Shown here: one piece after another, positions 47,401-56,982 of the stretch
How positions within the stretch are numbered: the first letter of the stretch is position 1
Layout of the letters: each line of letters opens with the position of its first letter
Assembly: GCA_947459425.1 (NCBI GenBank)
Contig: CANHDJ010000008.1
Span: forward strand, 6,671-70,670
Source of the DNA: Ignavibacteria bacterium
GTDB lineage: Bacteria; Bacteroidota; Ignavibacteria; Kapaibacteriales; UBA4661
Length of the DNA stretch: 64,000 bases
Reading direction: 5' to 3'
The notes under the pieces: model-generated
The model's input: only the letters and a program-made list of their open reading frames with translations
Database searches by the model: none
Told to the model about the DNA's origin: nothing
Position numbers and translations under genes: made by a program

Positions 47401-47828
47401 CAAGAACCTCACAAACACTGATTATTGAAGACTGGGATCAAATCGGCACGTGCGATGTTCAAGTACAAATGGACAGAGGTTTGCGCAATAAAATTGACAC
47501 CAGCTATTTCTTGCGCAGAAATGGTCGCCTTACCTCGGTGAAAGATGGTGAATCACTCGTCGATGGTTCCATTCTGCGTGTGGAAACGTATCCCAATCCT
47601 GCTTCCAGTGAACTGCGCGTCACCTACGCCTTACCATCAGCTACCGATGTAACAGTCGAACTGAGTGATATGCTGGGGCGGCACGCAATGACACTCTGGC
47701 AAGGCTATCAAATGCTGGGGCGACACACAATTCCGGTCGATGTGAGCAATCTGGCAAGCGGCACATATATCGCCCGCATCAAAGCCGGAACGTTGACCTC
47801 GACAAAAATCGTCCACATTATTCGCTAA
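44484..47828 (+). CDS. T9SS-secreted protein with FN3-like domain and a putative papain-fold/C39-like cysteine peptidase core
   Basis: 1114-aa ORF with signal peptide MQFFRLVLLGLAVAVLMSAQAMA. An FN3-like unit is present (FRWNAVPGVSQYRIIVTP...YFWSVQALG). The candidate catalytic Cys is in NWGGSCYGFAISALMAY (Cys codon 46140-46142). The candidate His is in NNGGHAVVPYK (46413-46415), followed by DKVFVYDMNFPG. An acidic linker DEEPDGEDDSAVETYFEAEEEDEG follows. The C-terminus has a type-A T9SS CTD (YPNPASSELRVTYALPSATDVTVELSDMLGR...GTYIARIKAG...KIVHIIR). Confidence 0.8.
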   Translation: MQFFRLVLLGLAVAVLMSAQAMAQVTSYTLQTSTGGERAYTPIVGGTVIASGSEIDDRFFQNTPIGFPFAFNNSEYSSLTISENGYVTFGTGLPLATGFLGPLTFFWGDGAIAPMGVDLRGRPESRIVTQLAGSSPNRVFTVQWQTMGFNNGGNLADSISFQVRLEEGTNNISVSYGTTTIAENNGYDCEIGLRGRFTGEFATRIVAAPTDADPTPWANAQTGNNGNDRARLTLVRGASMQVLTGGLPPSGLVWSWAAGTQLVQPRLTTPTRDATFSVPGIFRWNAVPGVSQYRIIVTPDTTATTVPIYRIVSENAFALAESDIRFEQGSTYFWSVQALGANNQAGRFAAYIPFTIRSQPTLSTFSPTALQQGQTATMTLNFQNISTTTPPAISLVNGATTVVATGVQISNTGQASAVYAVPANAPQGLYDIVVVTGSDTVRRVGGVFIGSSTPTPAQNEFLVRTHGFNFSNSSDNMWNESIFSRINYSSAAYPEDFRTFAQSRDFPSWDDFVPAYERRTGESAFITKDGQRQPDQTALQRWKATKSNWGGSCYGFAISALMAYSGRYTFSAPAFQLQLGDALRTLVNRNQLFQPGGQVGILNTDDRTPNNTVNVIRRSFTLPKDQQIVIAIFNIRDGKNNGGHAVVPYKITTETAPNGDILDKVFVYDMNFPGATDTAITVNRTRNTWEYYGLLNVDVATSNPIPWSGNVETRSFYAWGAVSTAFAMRTAQGILLAAQSGKNGSSLTADEEPDGEDDSAVETYFEAEEEDEGKAKARTTSGTPPPVPSVTLSNAYGNAISNTGATLIRPRITKAVPIAPIATGANVVVEGFRVPTQSQNVQTVRFTPINTKQINSIESAARRTIMTTKWRTVALNGSQRLVLDYDRDLFRTVAGASSRINSIALYKSDPTDSIWQNGVEIRDVTLATNDSIDVRFLNDGASFIVTNYGAARTYGLYMQRYDTTLFRTVNIPARTSQTLIIEDWDQIGTCDVQVQMDRGLRNKIDTSYFLRRNGRLTSVKDGESLVDGSILRVETYPNPASSELRVTYALPSATDVTVELSDMLGRHAMTLWQGYQMLGRHTIPVDVSNLASGTYIARIKAGTLTSTKIVHIIR

Positions 47829-47851
47829 AATTTGCATTCCTGGAAAAGAAC

Positions 47852-47903
47852 ATCGCTATGCAGCCTACTACCAATGTGGTAGCGCTGCATAGCGATTTTT
47901 TTT
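47852..47903 (+). terminator. Rho-independent terminator
   Basis: 13-bp stem ATCGCTATGCAGC (47852-47864) / GCTGCATAGCGAT (47884-47896), followed by T7 (47897-47903), 24 nt after the stop codon. Confidence 0.8.
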
Positions 47904-48047
47904 ATGATTGCTTTTACCGATCGCCTTATCTGCGTTGCGCCATTGTCACGGCGGCATCATAGTTCGGTCGTCTCGAAATGAGTTTTTGTGCGGTATTGAG
48001 CATGAAGTTGTCGAAGATATGCGCCGTTTACATACTGACAAGTGTTT

Positions 48048-48800
48048 TCAAGAAATAGTGTCGGGATTAACGCCAAGTTCGCGCAGTTTTGCTGCGAGTC
48101 TCATATTGCGTTGCTGTTCTTTGTTTGCGCGTTTGCGCTCTGCGTCTGCACGTTTTCGCTCTTCATTTGCGCGTTTGCGCTCTTCGAGAAGAAGATTTTC
48201 TAATTGGCAGTAGTCCTCATACTCCAGAAATGACGTACCATCTGGCTTGCGCAAGACGAGAGTGCGGGAAGACATATCAAAACGAATACCAAGTCGCGGG
48301 CTGATCCAATCCGCCATATCGACGATTTCTTCCAATTGATCGTCGTTTTCTTGGAATCGAATAAAGCCGCTCAAATGCTTGTGTTCAATATCGTAAAGGT
48401 AGTATTCATGAACCCCATACCGCTCAAAAAAAATGGCTTTTTGGGTCATTTCCGATGTCGTATTACTTTCCGATAAAAACTCAAATACCACCTGAGGTGC
48501 AATACCGTCTTCACGCCATTGCTGATAGGATTTTCGCGCACCTTTCGGGCGACCAATCGCCACAAAAACATCGGGTGCAAGCACGGTTTTTGGTTTCCCT
48601 TTGATAGGATACCAAAATAAATCCGCCGCAACAAATACATCATCCCGTTCAGCAAAGACCGATTCTAAGCCGTGCTTGGTAATGGTTATCCATTCAAGGT
48701 GCTCAGTATTATTTGCCATTGGTAGCCCATCGGAATCGGGATAGTAGATGTCGTCGTCGGATTTAGTGTCTTGGAGAGCCGATACAATCAGGGTTTCCAT
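48048..48800 (-). CDS. Uma2-family (DUF820) PD-(D/E)XK endonuclease-like protein with C-terminal charged heptad repeat
   Basis: 250-aa ORF. YPDSDGLPMANNTEH...VFVAADLFWYP...LAPDVFVAIGRPKG...QVVFEFLSESN fits the Uma2 pattern. The C-terminus has ERKRANE/ERKRADA/ERKRANK, encoded by 3 x 21 nt at 48120-48182. Confidence 0.75.
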   Translation of the reverse strand: METLIVSALQDTKSDDDIYYPDSDGLPMANNTEHLEWITITKHGLESVFAERDDVFVAADLFWYPIKGKPKTVLAPDVFVAIGRPKGARKSYQQWREDGIAPQVVFEFLSESNTTSEMTQKAIFFERYGVHEYYLYDIEHKHLSGFIRFQENDDQLEEIVDMADWISPRLGIRFDMSSRTLVLRKPDGTSFLEYEDYCQLENLLLEERKRANEERKRADAERKRANKEQQRNMRLAAKLRELGVNPDTIS

Positions 48801-49030
48801 AGCAAAGCCTTTGGAGAAAGTGAGAAAAGTACACGCTCCCGAATATAGGATATTTTTGTGGGAAAGTCAAATAATAGCATCGTTAGCATTTTGGGGTCAG
48901 ATAGAGCCACATTTTTTGCTTGCATCAACTCGGATAGAGCCTTATATTTGCCGCACTACGAATGCTTTAGCGGGTTTTTTCGTTTTGTATCACCTTTGAA
49001 CGTTCTCACATTTTCAGACCAATCCACGTT

Positions 49031-50392
49031 ATGCACACCAAGATCTCAAAACCACGTTCAGCGCCCAAAAGCGCACCACAAGCCGATATTCAGACCGTAT
49101 CGGTCATTACGCTTGGGTGCAGCAAGAACACGACCGATTCAGAAATTCTGATGGGTATGATTCAAGCACACGGAATGAACTTCACTACTGCCCGTGAAGC
49201 CGATGCGGTGATTATCAACACCTGTGGTTTTATTGACAAAGCAAAAGAAGAAAGTATTGAGACGATTTTTGAGGCAATTCGCCAAAAAGAAGAGCTTGCC
49301 GGCGAGGGAAAAACACAGAAGCTCATTGTTGCGGGCTGCCTTTCGCAACGGTATGGCGACGACCTCAAACAAGAAATGCCGCAAGTTGACCACTTTTTTG
49401 GCGAATCGGATTTTGAGAATGTCGTCAAATCGTTGACACCAAATTTTAAGTATTCCTTGCTTGGAGAGCGCGTCATTACAACTTCGCCGCATTATTCGTA
49501 CCTCAAAATCTCCGAAGGGTGCGACAATCCTTGTTCGTTCTGCGCGATACCACTTATTCGCGGTGGTCATCGTTCGCGTCCGGTGGAAAAACTCATCGAA
49601 GAGGCGAATTTTTTGGTAAGCAAAGGCGTAAAAGAGATTGTTTTGATTGCACAAGATTTGACCGATTACGGGCGCGATTTGACAGGTAAACGCGGGCTTG
49701 CGGACTTGCTTGGCAATCTTTCTGACGTGCGTGGGCTAGAATGGCTGCGTTTGATGTATGCGTTTCCCTCTAAATTCCCCCGTGATATTCTGCCCGTCAT
49801 AGCCGAGCGCGAAAATATCTGCAAGTATTTGGATATGCCGCTCCAACACGCTTCGACCAATGTTTTGAAGTCCATGAGGCGCGGCATCACGCGCAAGACC
49901 ACCGAAGGTTTATTAGACGAAATACGCAATGCCGTACCGGGTATAGCGCTCCGAACAACCTTTATCGTCGGCTATCCAAGCGAGACAGAGGCGGACTTCG
50001 AGGAATTATGCGACTTTGTGCGGGAACAGCGTTTTGACCGCGTTGGCGCGTTTGAATATTCGCAAGAGGACGACACGTATTCGTACATTTTAGGCGACCC
50101 AATTCCGGCAGAAGTTAAGCAGGAACGAGCTGCGCGACTCATGGCAATTCAACGGGAAATATCCTTAGAGAAAAACGAGGCGAAAGTAGGAAAACGCTTC
50201 AAAATATTGATTGACCAAACCTTCACCGACGAGCAAGGCAACCTCGAATATCAAGGACGCAGCGAGTCCGATGCGCCTGAAGTGGACAACGAAGTTTTTC
50301 TAAAATCTGCCCGACCCTTACAAACAGGTGATATGGTGCTTGCGGAAATATACGATGCGGCGGAGTATGACCTTTTTGGCGAGGTTGTGTGA
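49031..50392 (+). CDS. rimO: Ribosomal protein S12 methylthiotransferase RimO
   Basis: 453-aa ORF. The UPF0004 N-domain has VITLGCSKNTTDSE...NTCGFI. The radical-SAM cluster is SEGCDNPCSFCAIPLIRGGHRSR. A C-terminal TRAM-like domain is present. The length and the IP..RG context favour RimO over MiaB. Confidence 0.8.
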   Translation: MHTKISKPRSAPKSAPQADIQTVSVITLGCSKNTTDSEILMGMIQAHGMNFTTAREADAVIINTCGFIDKAKEESIETIFEAIRQKEELAGEGKTQKLIVAGCLSQRYGDDLKQEMPQVDHFFGESDFENVVKSLTPNFKYSLLGERVITTSPHYSYLKISEGCDNPCSFCAIPLIRGGHRSRPVEKLIEEANFLVSKGVKEIVLIAQDLTDYGRDLTGKRGLADLLGNLSDVRGLEWLRLMYAFPSKFPRDILPVIAERENICKYLDMPLQHASTNVLKSMRRGITRKTTEGLLDEIRNAVPGIALRTTFIVGYPSETEADFEELCDFVREQRFDRVGAFEYSQEDDTYSYILGDPIPAEVKQERAARLMAIQREISLEKNEAKVGKRFKILIDQTFTDEQGNLEYQGRSESDAPEVDNEVFLKSARPLQTGDMVLAEIYDAAEYDLFGEVV

Positions 50393-50404
50393 ACGAGATG
50401 AATA

Positions 50405-51223
50405 CTATTGTTTCTTCTCAAAGGCAAGCATCGTCGTTACCTCGCACAGTGCATCATCGGTGCGGTCTTGTAGATGGCGGATCGTTGTTGCATTCACCGA
50501 AGAGGAGTGCGTTCCGGCAAGTTCCGCAAGCGCCGACTCGACCTGCACAATGACGTGTGCCAAATGCTGCTTTTCTTCCGGCGACAGCCCATGACGAAGC
50601 TCTTGCGCCCTTGCCATCAGTTCAACGCAGCGTTCTCGCTGGGCGACAAGTGCCTGTGGATGCGATACACCGCACTCGGCGTTCATCGCCATTACACCAA
50701 GCATGAGCAGGTGTGCGTCATTGAGAAAATTTGTCACCTCTCGTTTCTGTCCCGCAGCCTGCTCAAAAGCAGTATTTTCCGCGATTCGTACCGTCTCCCG
50801 ATGCTCTTCTCCCCGATAATTCGACCAGCGTCCTAGCAGAATTCCACCAACAAATACCGCAGCAATAGCCGCAACGCGCATCCATACTCGCCGTGTCGGA
50901 AGCAGGAGGAGCGGTGATGCCGCTGCGCCAAGTGTCGTTTGTTCTAGTCGTTTGACGATACGATTCTCCAAGTCCGTCCATTCTGCGTTGCTCCGCGCTG
51001 GTTCGCTGTGGGAACGCATTGCGCCAGCGATGGACTGCATTTCCTCAAACTCGCACTTGAGGTCGGGAAACAGCACGAAAAGCTCCGATAGACGTTGCTG
51101 TATCGTGCTTTCTGCATCTGCTCCTCCAGACAATATTTCGCGCATCAATTCCTTACATTCGGCTCGAAGCGAAGATTTATCGGGGTTTGCAGGTGGAATT
51201 GGCGAATGATTATTCGGGTTCAT
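50405..51223 (-). CDS. Putative anti-sigma factor (single-pass membrane protein)
   Basis: 272-aa ORF overlapping the 3' end of the ECF sigma gene by 14 nt. It has one central TM helix (VAAIAAVFVGGILLG). There is no recognisable zf-HC2 motif, so the call is positional. Confidence 0.45.
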   Translation of the reverse strand: MNPNNHSPIPPANPDKSSLRAECKELMREILSGGADAESTIQQRLSELFVLFPDLKCEFEEMQSIAGAMRSHSEPARSNAEWTDLENRIVKRLEQTTLGAAASPLLLLPTRRVWMRVAAIAAVFVGGILLGRWSNYRGEEHRETVRIAENTAFEQAAGQKREVTNFLNDAHLLMLGVMAMNAECGVSHPQALVAQRERCVELMARAQELRHGLSPEEKQHLAHVIVQVESALAELAGTHSSSVNATTIRHLQDRTDDALCEVTTMLAFEKKQ

Positions 51224-51848
51224 TGCTTGTCATGGGAAAGGTTTTTTGGGGAAAATCCGTTCGATACAGTTGTAATGCCGTTCGCAAACTTCGGACGGCG
51301 CGAAACACCAGTGTTTTGACCGTTCCGACCGTTACGCCGAGTTCTTGGGCTATTTCGTCGAGAGAATACTCCTGAACGAACCGCAATACCGCAACGGTAC
51401 GCTGTTGCGCCGGAAGTGAGGCAAGCGCTCGTTCAAAATGTTCTTGCTGAAAAGCCGAATCCGTGCTTGTGTCCGGCAGAGGCATAGCGCTCATGCCGAA
51501 TGCCTCGGTTGCATCGTCATCACGCGCATCATCCCATGCCGTTGTGTAGCGATAGCGCCCGCTACGGGTATAGTCAATGTGCATATTGACCGTAATCCGA
51601 TGCAGCCATGTTGCCAGCGATGAAATGCCTTGAAAGCGCGATAACGACTCCAATGCCCGCACAAATACTTCCTGCGTCAGGTCGTCGGCATCCTCACGAT
51701 TGCCGGAAAGTTGAAAAGCGAGATTGTTGACGCGCTGCGTGTGAAGGCGCACAAAATCCCGAAAAGCGGCATTGCGCACGGCGGCATCACTACTTTTTAA
51801 CTGTTGTACTAACGTTGCTTCGTCGGTAATCTTGTACAAATGTGCCAT
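51210..51848 (-). CDS. ECF-type RNA polymerase sigma-70 family factor
   Basis: 212-aa ORF. Region 2 is DADDLTQEVFVRALESLSRF...WLHRITVNMHIDY. Region 4 is VAVLRFVQEYSLDEIAQELGVTVGTVKTLVFRAVRSLR. Confidence 0.85.
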   Translation of the reverse strand: MAHLYKITDEATLVQQLKSSDAAVRNAAFRDFVRLHTQRVNNLAFQLSGNREDADDLTQEVFVRALESLSRFQGISSLATWLHRITVNMHIDYTRSGRYRYTTAWDDARDDDATEAFGMSAMPLPDTSTDSAFQQEHFERALASLPAQQRTVAVLRFVQEYSLDEIAQELGVTVGTVKTLVFRAVRSLRTALQLYRTDFPQKTFPMTSNEPE

Positions 51849-51941
51849 GCAAACATCGTAAGGACGCGGTATTGGAACGATACGAATTAGACGATTGAGC
51901 GGGGGGAAGGGTTGACAAAGAAGAGGACGGCACTCAAATAT

Positions 51942-52670
51942 CTACTCTCCTACGATGCGCACCGATTGAATCCCTTTATCGGCGGCAATAGAGCGTACAC
52001 GCTGGCGAAGCATTTCCGCCGCTTTTTGTGTTATACCCGATTGCTCTGCGGCGCTGCGGGCATCCGATTGTAAGGCAGTAACGGCATTGGTGCGGTCTTG
52101 CGGGGTTATGCCGTTCCAAAAGCCGCTTTCATCGCGCTCGACGGTGTAATTTTTCATCTCCAGCGAAAGAATTTTTGCTTTCGGAAGCGTAGCGGTGATG
52201 CGCAGTTCGGGGTCATGGGATGATGCTTTTTCTTCGTCAATATTGAGAGCAAATTCCTCCCGCAAATCAAATCCCGCTTTGATGATAAACTCCCCGCGCA
52301 AAAGGAGTGTTTTGGTGCTTCCCAAGTATGTGTGCGACCAGCGATATTCCCGAAAAATTGTCTGCTCGACCGTTGCCAATTCAAGCGTTGGCTGTGCTTG
52401 TTCAATCACTGTCAGCCCATTGATGCTCACCGAAGGTGTAAGCCCCAGTTGCGCTTGAAATGCGGCAGAAGCGCTTTTTGCAAGATTTTTGGCACTGCGC
52501 TCGGCACCAAAATAATACGTCAAAATCCCGCCACCGACCAGCAAAAGCAGGGTAAAAACGATAATGGGCGCAAGCGGCATCGTGAGTTTTTTTAGGGCGG
52601 ATTCGCGGGGCATAGGGGAAAGGGATAGAGGGGTGAAAGGGGTAACGCCGTTAGACGGACATTGCTTCAA
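51942..52670 (-). CDS. DUF4230-like membrane-anchored protein
   Basis: 242-aa ORF with an N-terminal TM helix (PIIVFTLLLLVGGGILTYYF). A central TLLLRGEFIIKAGFDL motif is reminiscent of DUF4230. The start is uncertain, with alternatives at 52613 and 52580. As called, it overlaps the upstream gene by 20 nt. Confidence 0.45.
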   Translation of the reverse strand: MKQCPSNGVTPFTPLSLSPMPRESALKKLTMPLAPIIVFTLLLLVGGGILTYYFGAERSAKNLAKSASAAFQAQLGLTPSVSINGLTVIEQAQPTLELATVEQTIFREYRWSHTYLGSTKTLLLRGEFIIKAGFDLREEFALNIDEEKASSHDPELRITATLPKAKILSLEMKNYTVERDESGFWNGITPQDRTNAVTALQSDARSAAEQSGITQKAAEMLRQRVRSIAADKGIQSVRIVGE

Positions 52671-54900
52671 TACGCGATTTGCCCGTAAAGACGGCTTGCG
52701 GCGTACTTTGCTGCGATGGCGATAAAGGTTGGTGGTGCAAAGGCAAGGCTTTCATTTTCAGAACAACAAAGGTCATATCATCCAAAAGTGCTGCACCCCG
52801 CATCCAATCTTCTGCACAGCCTTTGAGGAGATTTGTTATCTCAACAGGGGAGCGGTGCGCATTGTCGAGGAAGCACGATTCTATGCGGTTATAGCCTAGC
52901 ATTTCGCCCGAATCATTGAATAACTCCGGCAGCCCATCGGTCATAATGAGCATCACATCATCGACATCCAAAGTGGTAAGAACTTCGCGGTATTCAAAAT
53001 GTGTCACGCTTCCAAGCGGTAGTGCTTTTACGCAAATCTGTTCCAAAGAGCGCGATTTGGCGCGATATATCAGCACCGGCGGCATACCAGCAATCGCAAT
53101 ATGAACGTCATTGCCGATGCACCGCACGAGCGCAAGGCACATATACATCCCGCGCAGATTCATGTTCTTAATACCACTGGAAATTTTGCACAGCAGTTCT
53201 GCGCCATTTTCCGCGCCTGCGAGTGTTTGGAAATAGCTTTTGGTGGTAGAGACCAAATATCCAGCTTTTATGCCGTGTCCGGTGGCATCGCCTACGGCAG
53301 CAACAAGTGTGGCGGTTTCGGGAGCGTAACGAAAATCGTAATAATCACCACCAACTTCGGTCGCGGTGCGCATAAATGCTGCAACCTCGTAACGGGGATG
53401 CTCTGGTAATTTGCTCGGAAGCATCGAAAGTTGGAGCGTCCGTGCTTCCTCAAGTTCGCGGGTTTTTCGGTCATTATCGGCTTCGAGTAACTTACGCTTG
53501 ATGTCGAGTTCTTTTGCTTGCCGCTCCTGTTCCAAAGAGCGCTCCGAAAGCTCTCGGACGTGGACAATCTGCTCTTCCAAGGAGCGCTGCGTCCGCGAGA
53601 CGACCAGCGCGATATAGAGCGACATGGCAAGCGGAACCGACATATACCCGACATAAATAAAGGTTTCCATCCGATTCGGCGAAACAGCAAAAATTTTATG
53701 CCACGCTTCGAGCCAACGAAACGTCCACATCACGCCAAAATCGGCAACGCCAATGAGCATGATGATTGCTCCCGCTTCGCGCCTACGCACCGCTTGGAAG
53801 GCGATACGGGCGGCATCGGCGGAAAACACAAGAATAATCACCATTGAAATATCGTACACGATTTTATGCGCCCCGCCGCCAACGGCAAAAAGAGCAACGA
53901 TAACGGCAATGGTCAGCCCGGCACCAATGTACAGCCTGCGGAGCGGTAGTTTGTCATAAAAAAGCGTGTAGAAAAAAAGCCAGCACACAAGCGGTATTGC
54001 GCTGTTATAGACATTAGAAATCATATTAAAAAAAAGGCTGACTCCCGGATGACTCTCAACGATTCTCGTCATATAGACCGTCAAAAAGCGCAAGCCCACA
54101 AGCAAGGCAAATATCGCGTAGAGCAGGTGAAATCGCTGCTTTGGGTAAAAGGAGAACAACGCAATATGAAGCAGTCCCAAGGCAACCATCATGCCAATAG
54201 CAATCAGATACCGCACCGAAAAGTAGCTTTCTTTGGCGCGTTGCATATCTAATGCTTCATCGGGGGGAGCAAAACTGAGATTGAATAAGGTATTGTTCCT
54301 TATGGCGGGAACAACCGCGTATCCCATTGGCATTTGGCGAAAAGAATATCGTACCGCAATCACGTAATCGGTTTCTGCGCCAAATTGAAGAATGACGGGT
54401 GTCCCTTTGCTGGCAATGACCTCTTCGCTGCTTGTGCTGCTTGGATTGCCCAATGTGGCGACAAGTCGCCCGTTGAGGTAATACTCCGCCGCACCAACTT
54501 GATAGGGCATCATGGCAACGGAGGTGTGCCGCAAGGCAGAATCAATGCGGATACGCGACCGAAACCAGAAGACACGCGCCCAATCAGGTTTGAGGGAATC
54601 CGACGCAATGCGCTGCACCAAGCGCCATGACGCATCGTTGTAGCGGGGAAGGGCGAAATCCGGCTTGTCGTCTTGCATCCAACGCCATACGCCCGGATGC
54701 CACACGCCAAGCGACAAGGATTGCCAATTTGCGGTCTTCGTAAGGTCTTTTGCGGTTAATCGCACAACACCGATACCATCGGCTTTGAGGCGTGGCTCCT
54801 CGCTGTCCCCTGCGATTGCCGGAAAAACTGCGCACAATAATACCACCAGAACCGTACTAACAGCCCTCCCAATGGTGATAAAATCTTGAGTTGTGCGCAT
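52651..54900 (-). CDS. 7TMR-DISM sensor (extracellular DISMED2 + 7 TM) fused to PP2C/SpoIIE phosphatase
   Basis: The track ORF extends to 55011. The likely start is MRTTQDF at 54900 (ATG verified), before a signal/TM segment. An extracellular carbohydrate-binding-like region (VFWFRSRIRID...AAEYYLNGRL) is followed by seven hydrophobic helices and a coiled coil. PP2C motifs are GGDYYDF, VGDATGHGIKAGY, MTDGLPE and DDMTFVVLK. Confidence 0.8.
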   Translation of the reverse strand: MRTTQDFITIGRAVSTVLVVLLCAVFPAIAGDSEEPRLKADGIGVVRLTAKDLTKTANWQSLSLGVWHPGVWRWMQDDKPDFALPRYNDASWRLVQRIASDSLKPDWARVFWFRSRIRIDSALRHTSVAMMPYQVGAAEYYLNGRLVATLGNPSSTSSEEVIASKGTPVILQFGAETDYVIAVRYSFRQMPMGYAVVPAIRNNTLFNLSFAPPDEALDMQRAKESYFSVRYLIAIGMMVALGLLHIALFSFYPKQRFHLLYAIFALLVGLRFLTVYMTRIVESHPGVSLFFNMISNVYNSAIPLVCWLFFYTLFYDKLPLRRLYIGAGLTIAVIVALFAVGGGAHKIVYDISMVIILVFSADAARIAFQAVRRREAGAIIMLIGVADFGVMWTFRWLEAWHKIFAVSPNRMETFIYVGYMSVPLAMSLYIALVVSRTQRSLEEQIVHVRELSERSLEQERQAKELDIKRKLLEADNDRKTRELEEARTLQLSMLPSKLPEHPRYEVAAFMRTATEVGGDYYDFRYAPETATLVAAVGDATGHGIKAGYLVSTTKSYFQTLAGAENGAELLCKISSGIKNMNLRGMYMCLALVRCIGNDVHIAIAGMPPVLIYRAKSRSLEQICVKALPLGSVTHFEYREVLTTLDVDDVMLIMTDGLPELFNDSGEMLGYNRIESCFLDNAHRSPVEITNLLKGCAEDWMRGAALLDDMTFVVLKMKALPLHHQPLSPSQQSTPQAVFTGKSRIEAMSV

Positions 54901-55088
54901 AATTTGTTCTTGAAAAAACAGAACTGTCGAAACAGTATCGTATTTGGAGAATAGTGCAAAGATGCTTGCAGAAACTCCGATTTTGCGAGCATCGTTGTTT
55001 TTTAGACGCACCGATGGGCGAAAGGTTTCAAGCGCAATCTGTCATTGATAATCTTCCCTACAGCCGTTCAGCAATGCTGCTGTTGGAA

Positions 55089-56927
55089 TCACAGTGTAAT
55101 CGAAGAACGCGACATCAACGCTCGCTGCTCTTTGGCATATTCCGCTCCGGTCTGGAATTTCATGACCAAGTTTAATAAATTATTGGTCAAACCTTGTAAT
55201 GCCTGTACGGTACGCTCAATCTCACTCGTTGAGCTTGTAGCGGCTTCGGTTACGGCACTGATATTTTCGACATTTTCGACAATATTACTACTTGTTGTTG
55301 TTTGTTCTTTGGTCGAATCTGCCATTGCCGCAATGATCGCGGCAACATTACTTGTGCGATTGATAATCCGCTCCAATGCCTCGGCTGCTTGTGCGGCGGA
55401 AGCCTTACCGCGATCCATCTCGCGTGTACCTTCGTGCATGGCAAGCACAGCTTCATGCGTGTCTTGCTGAATGATACGAATGGTAGTTGCGATTTCTTTC
55501 GTTGCTTTTTGTGTTCGTTCCGCCAATTTGCGCACTTCATCGGCAACGACCGCAAAGCCTCGTCCTTGCTCACCAGCGCGGGCGGCTTCAATGGCTGCAT
55601 TCAAAGCCAGCAGATTTGTTTGGTCAGCAATTTCTTCAATAGCCCGGACGATTGCACCAATTTGTTCGCTGGATTTACCGAGAGCCTCTATGGTGGAAGC
55701 GGATTTTGCAACGACACCAGCAATGGTTGTGATGCCTTGAATCGTTGACGTTACAACAACGCCTCCATTTTGCGCATCATTGCTGGCTTCGGTGGATTCG
55801 CGGGCAGCACGGGCAGCTTCATCGGCGTTGTGTCCGGTGATAGTATCCATGCGATCTATGAGTCCTGCGATGGCACCAGTTTGACGGGCTTGCTGGCGAA
55901 TATCTTCTGCCATAGCGTGAGAGATTTCAGCAATATGGCTGCTGGCTTGCGCTGTTTCGCGGACGGCTTCGATGACCTGCATCACCAACTCACGAATATT
56001 TGCTACGGCTTCATTAAAGCCTCGTGACAACATACCGATTGCATCATTGTTCTTCACTGTCAAATGTGCCGTCAAGTCGCCTTGAGCAAAATTTTGCATC
56101 ACAAGCAAGATACGTTGCACACTTTCGGAAAGGTATGTTTGCTGTTCTTCTGAGGAACGGTGGGCTGCTTGGGCTTCATTCGCTGCGCGTTGGGCGGCTT
56201 CGGTACGTTGTTGGATTTCGCCCATTGAAGAGCGAATATTGGTAATCATTTTATTGAAAGCCGTTGCCAAAACACCGATTTCATCGCCGCTCACAGCGCG
56301 GACTTCGACGTTAATATTTCCCATCGATACGTCTCGTGCAGCCCTCGACAGCTCTCGCAACGGCTTGACAATGCGCAGCGTCAGAAAACCAACAATCACA
56401 CTGCCAACGAGCAAAATAGCCGCACTAATCAGAATCATCAGAAGGCGGCTTTGGCGGATATTTTCTTCAAGAGTATCGCGGCTAAACCCAACGGCAAACG
56501 TTCCTTGTGCCACGCCGTTAGAGATTATCGGCACAACGGCAATCACCATGTTCGGCAATTCCAAGAGCGTTGGCGTATTTTTGCCAAGTTCGGTGCGAAT
56601 ACGCTCTTTGAACTCATTGGCAGATTGTGTTCCGTAATCGGCAACAACATTTTTTTGTGCATTAAAAACAACGCCAAACCGTGCATCGGAAAGGTTCTTC
56701 AGTGTTTCGAGGCTTGTTCTAATCGTTGTTGCGTCCTCAAATACCAGTGCCGGAGCGATATTCGAGGCGATAACCGTCGCCACCGTCTGAGCTTTTTCAC
56801 TCATCGAAGAGAGCATTTGCCGCTCTTGCTGTGCCGGAACAAAGATGGCAATAAAAAGCGATACCGCTAAAAGCAGCACAATGACAAGGGTAACAAATTT
56901 TTGCGTAATACCAAATTTCGTGAACAT
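55089..56927 (-). CDS. Methyl-accepting chemotaxis protein-like transducer (periplasmic sensor, HAMP repeats, MA signalling domain)
   Basis: 612-aa ORF with two TM helices flanking a ~150-aa periplasmic domain and HAMP ([24 protein letters not shown]). The highly conserved MCP hairpin tip is [41 protein letters not shown]. Confidence 0.9.
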   Translation of the reverse strand: MFTKFGITQKFVTLVIVLLLAVSLFIAIFVPAQQERQMLSSMSEKAQTVATVIASNIAPALVFEDATTIRTSLETLKNLSDARFGVVFNAQKNVVADYGTQSANEFKERIRTELGKNTPTLLELPNMVIAVVPIISNGVAQGTFAVGFSRDTLEENIRQSRLLMILISAAILLVGSVIVGFLTLRIVKPLRELSRAARDVSMGNINVEVRAVSGDEIGVLATAFNKMITNIRSSMGEIQQRTEAAQRAANEAQAAHRSSEEQQTYLSESVQRILLVMQNFAQGDLTAHLTVKNNDAIGMLSRGFNEAVANIRELVMQVIEAVRETAQASSHIAEISHAMAEDIRQQARQTGAIAGLIDRMDTITGHNADEAARAARESTEASNDAQNGGVVVTSTIQGITTIAGVVAKSASTIEALGKSSEQIGAIVRAIEEIADQTNLLALNAAIEAARAGEQGRGFAVVADEVRKLAERTQKATKEIATTIRIIQQDTHEAVLAMHEGTREMDRGKASAAQAAEALERIINRTSNVAAIIAAMADSTKEQTTTSSNIVENVENISAVTEAATSSTSEIERTVQALQGLTNNLLNLVMKFQTGAEYAKEQRALMSRSSITL

Positions 56928-56982
56928 AAGCCGTACAAAGAAAAATACGTTATCGTAAAATTTTCAACGAGTGCAGTTATTG

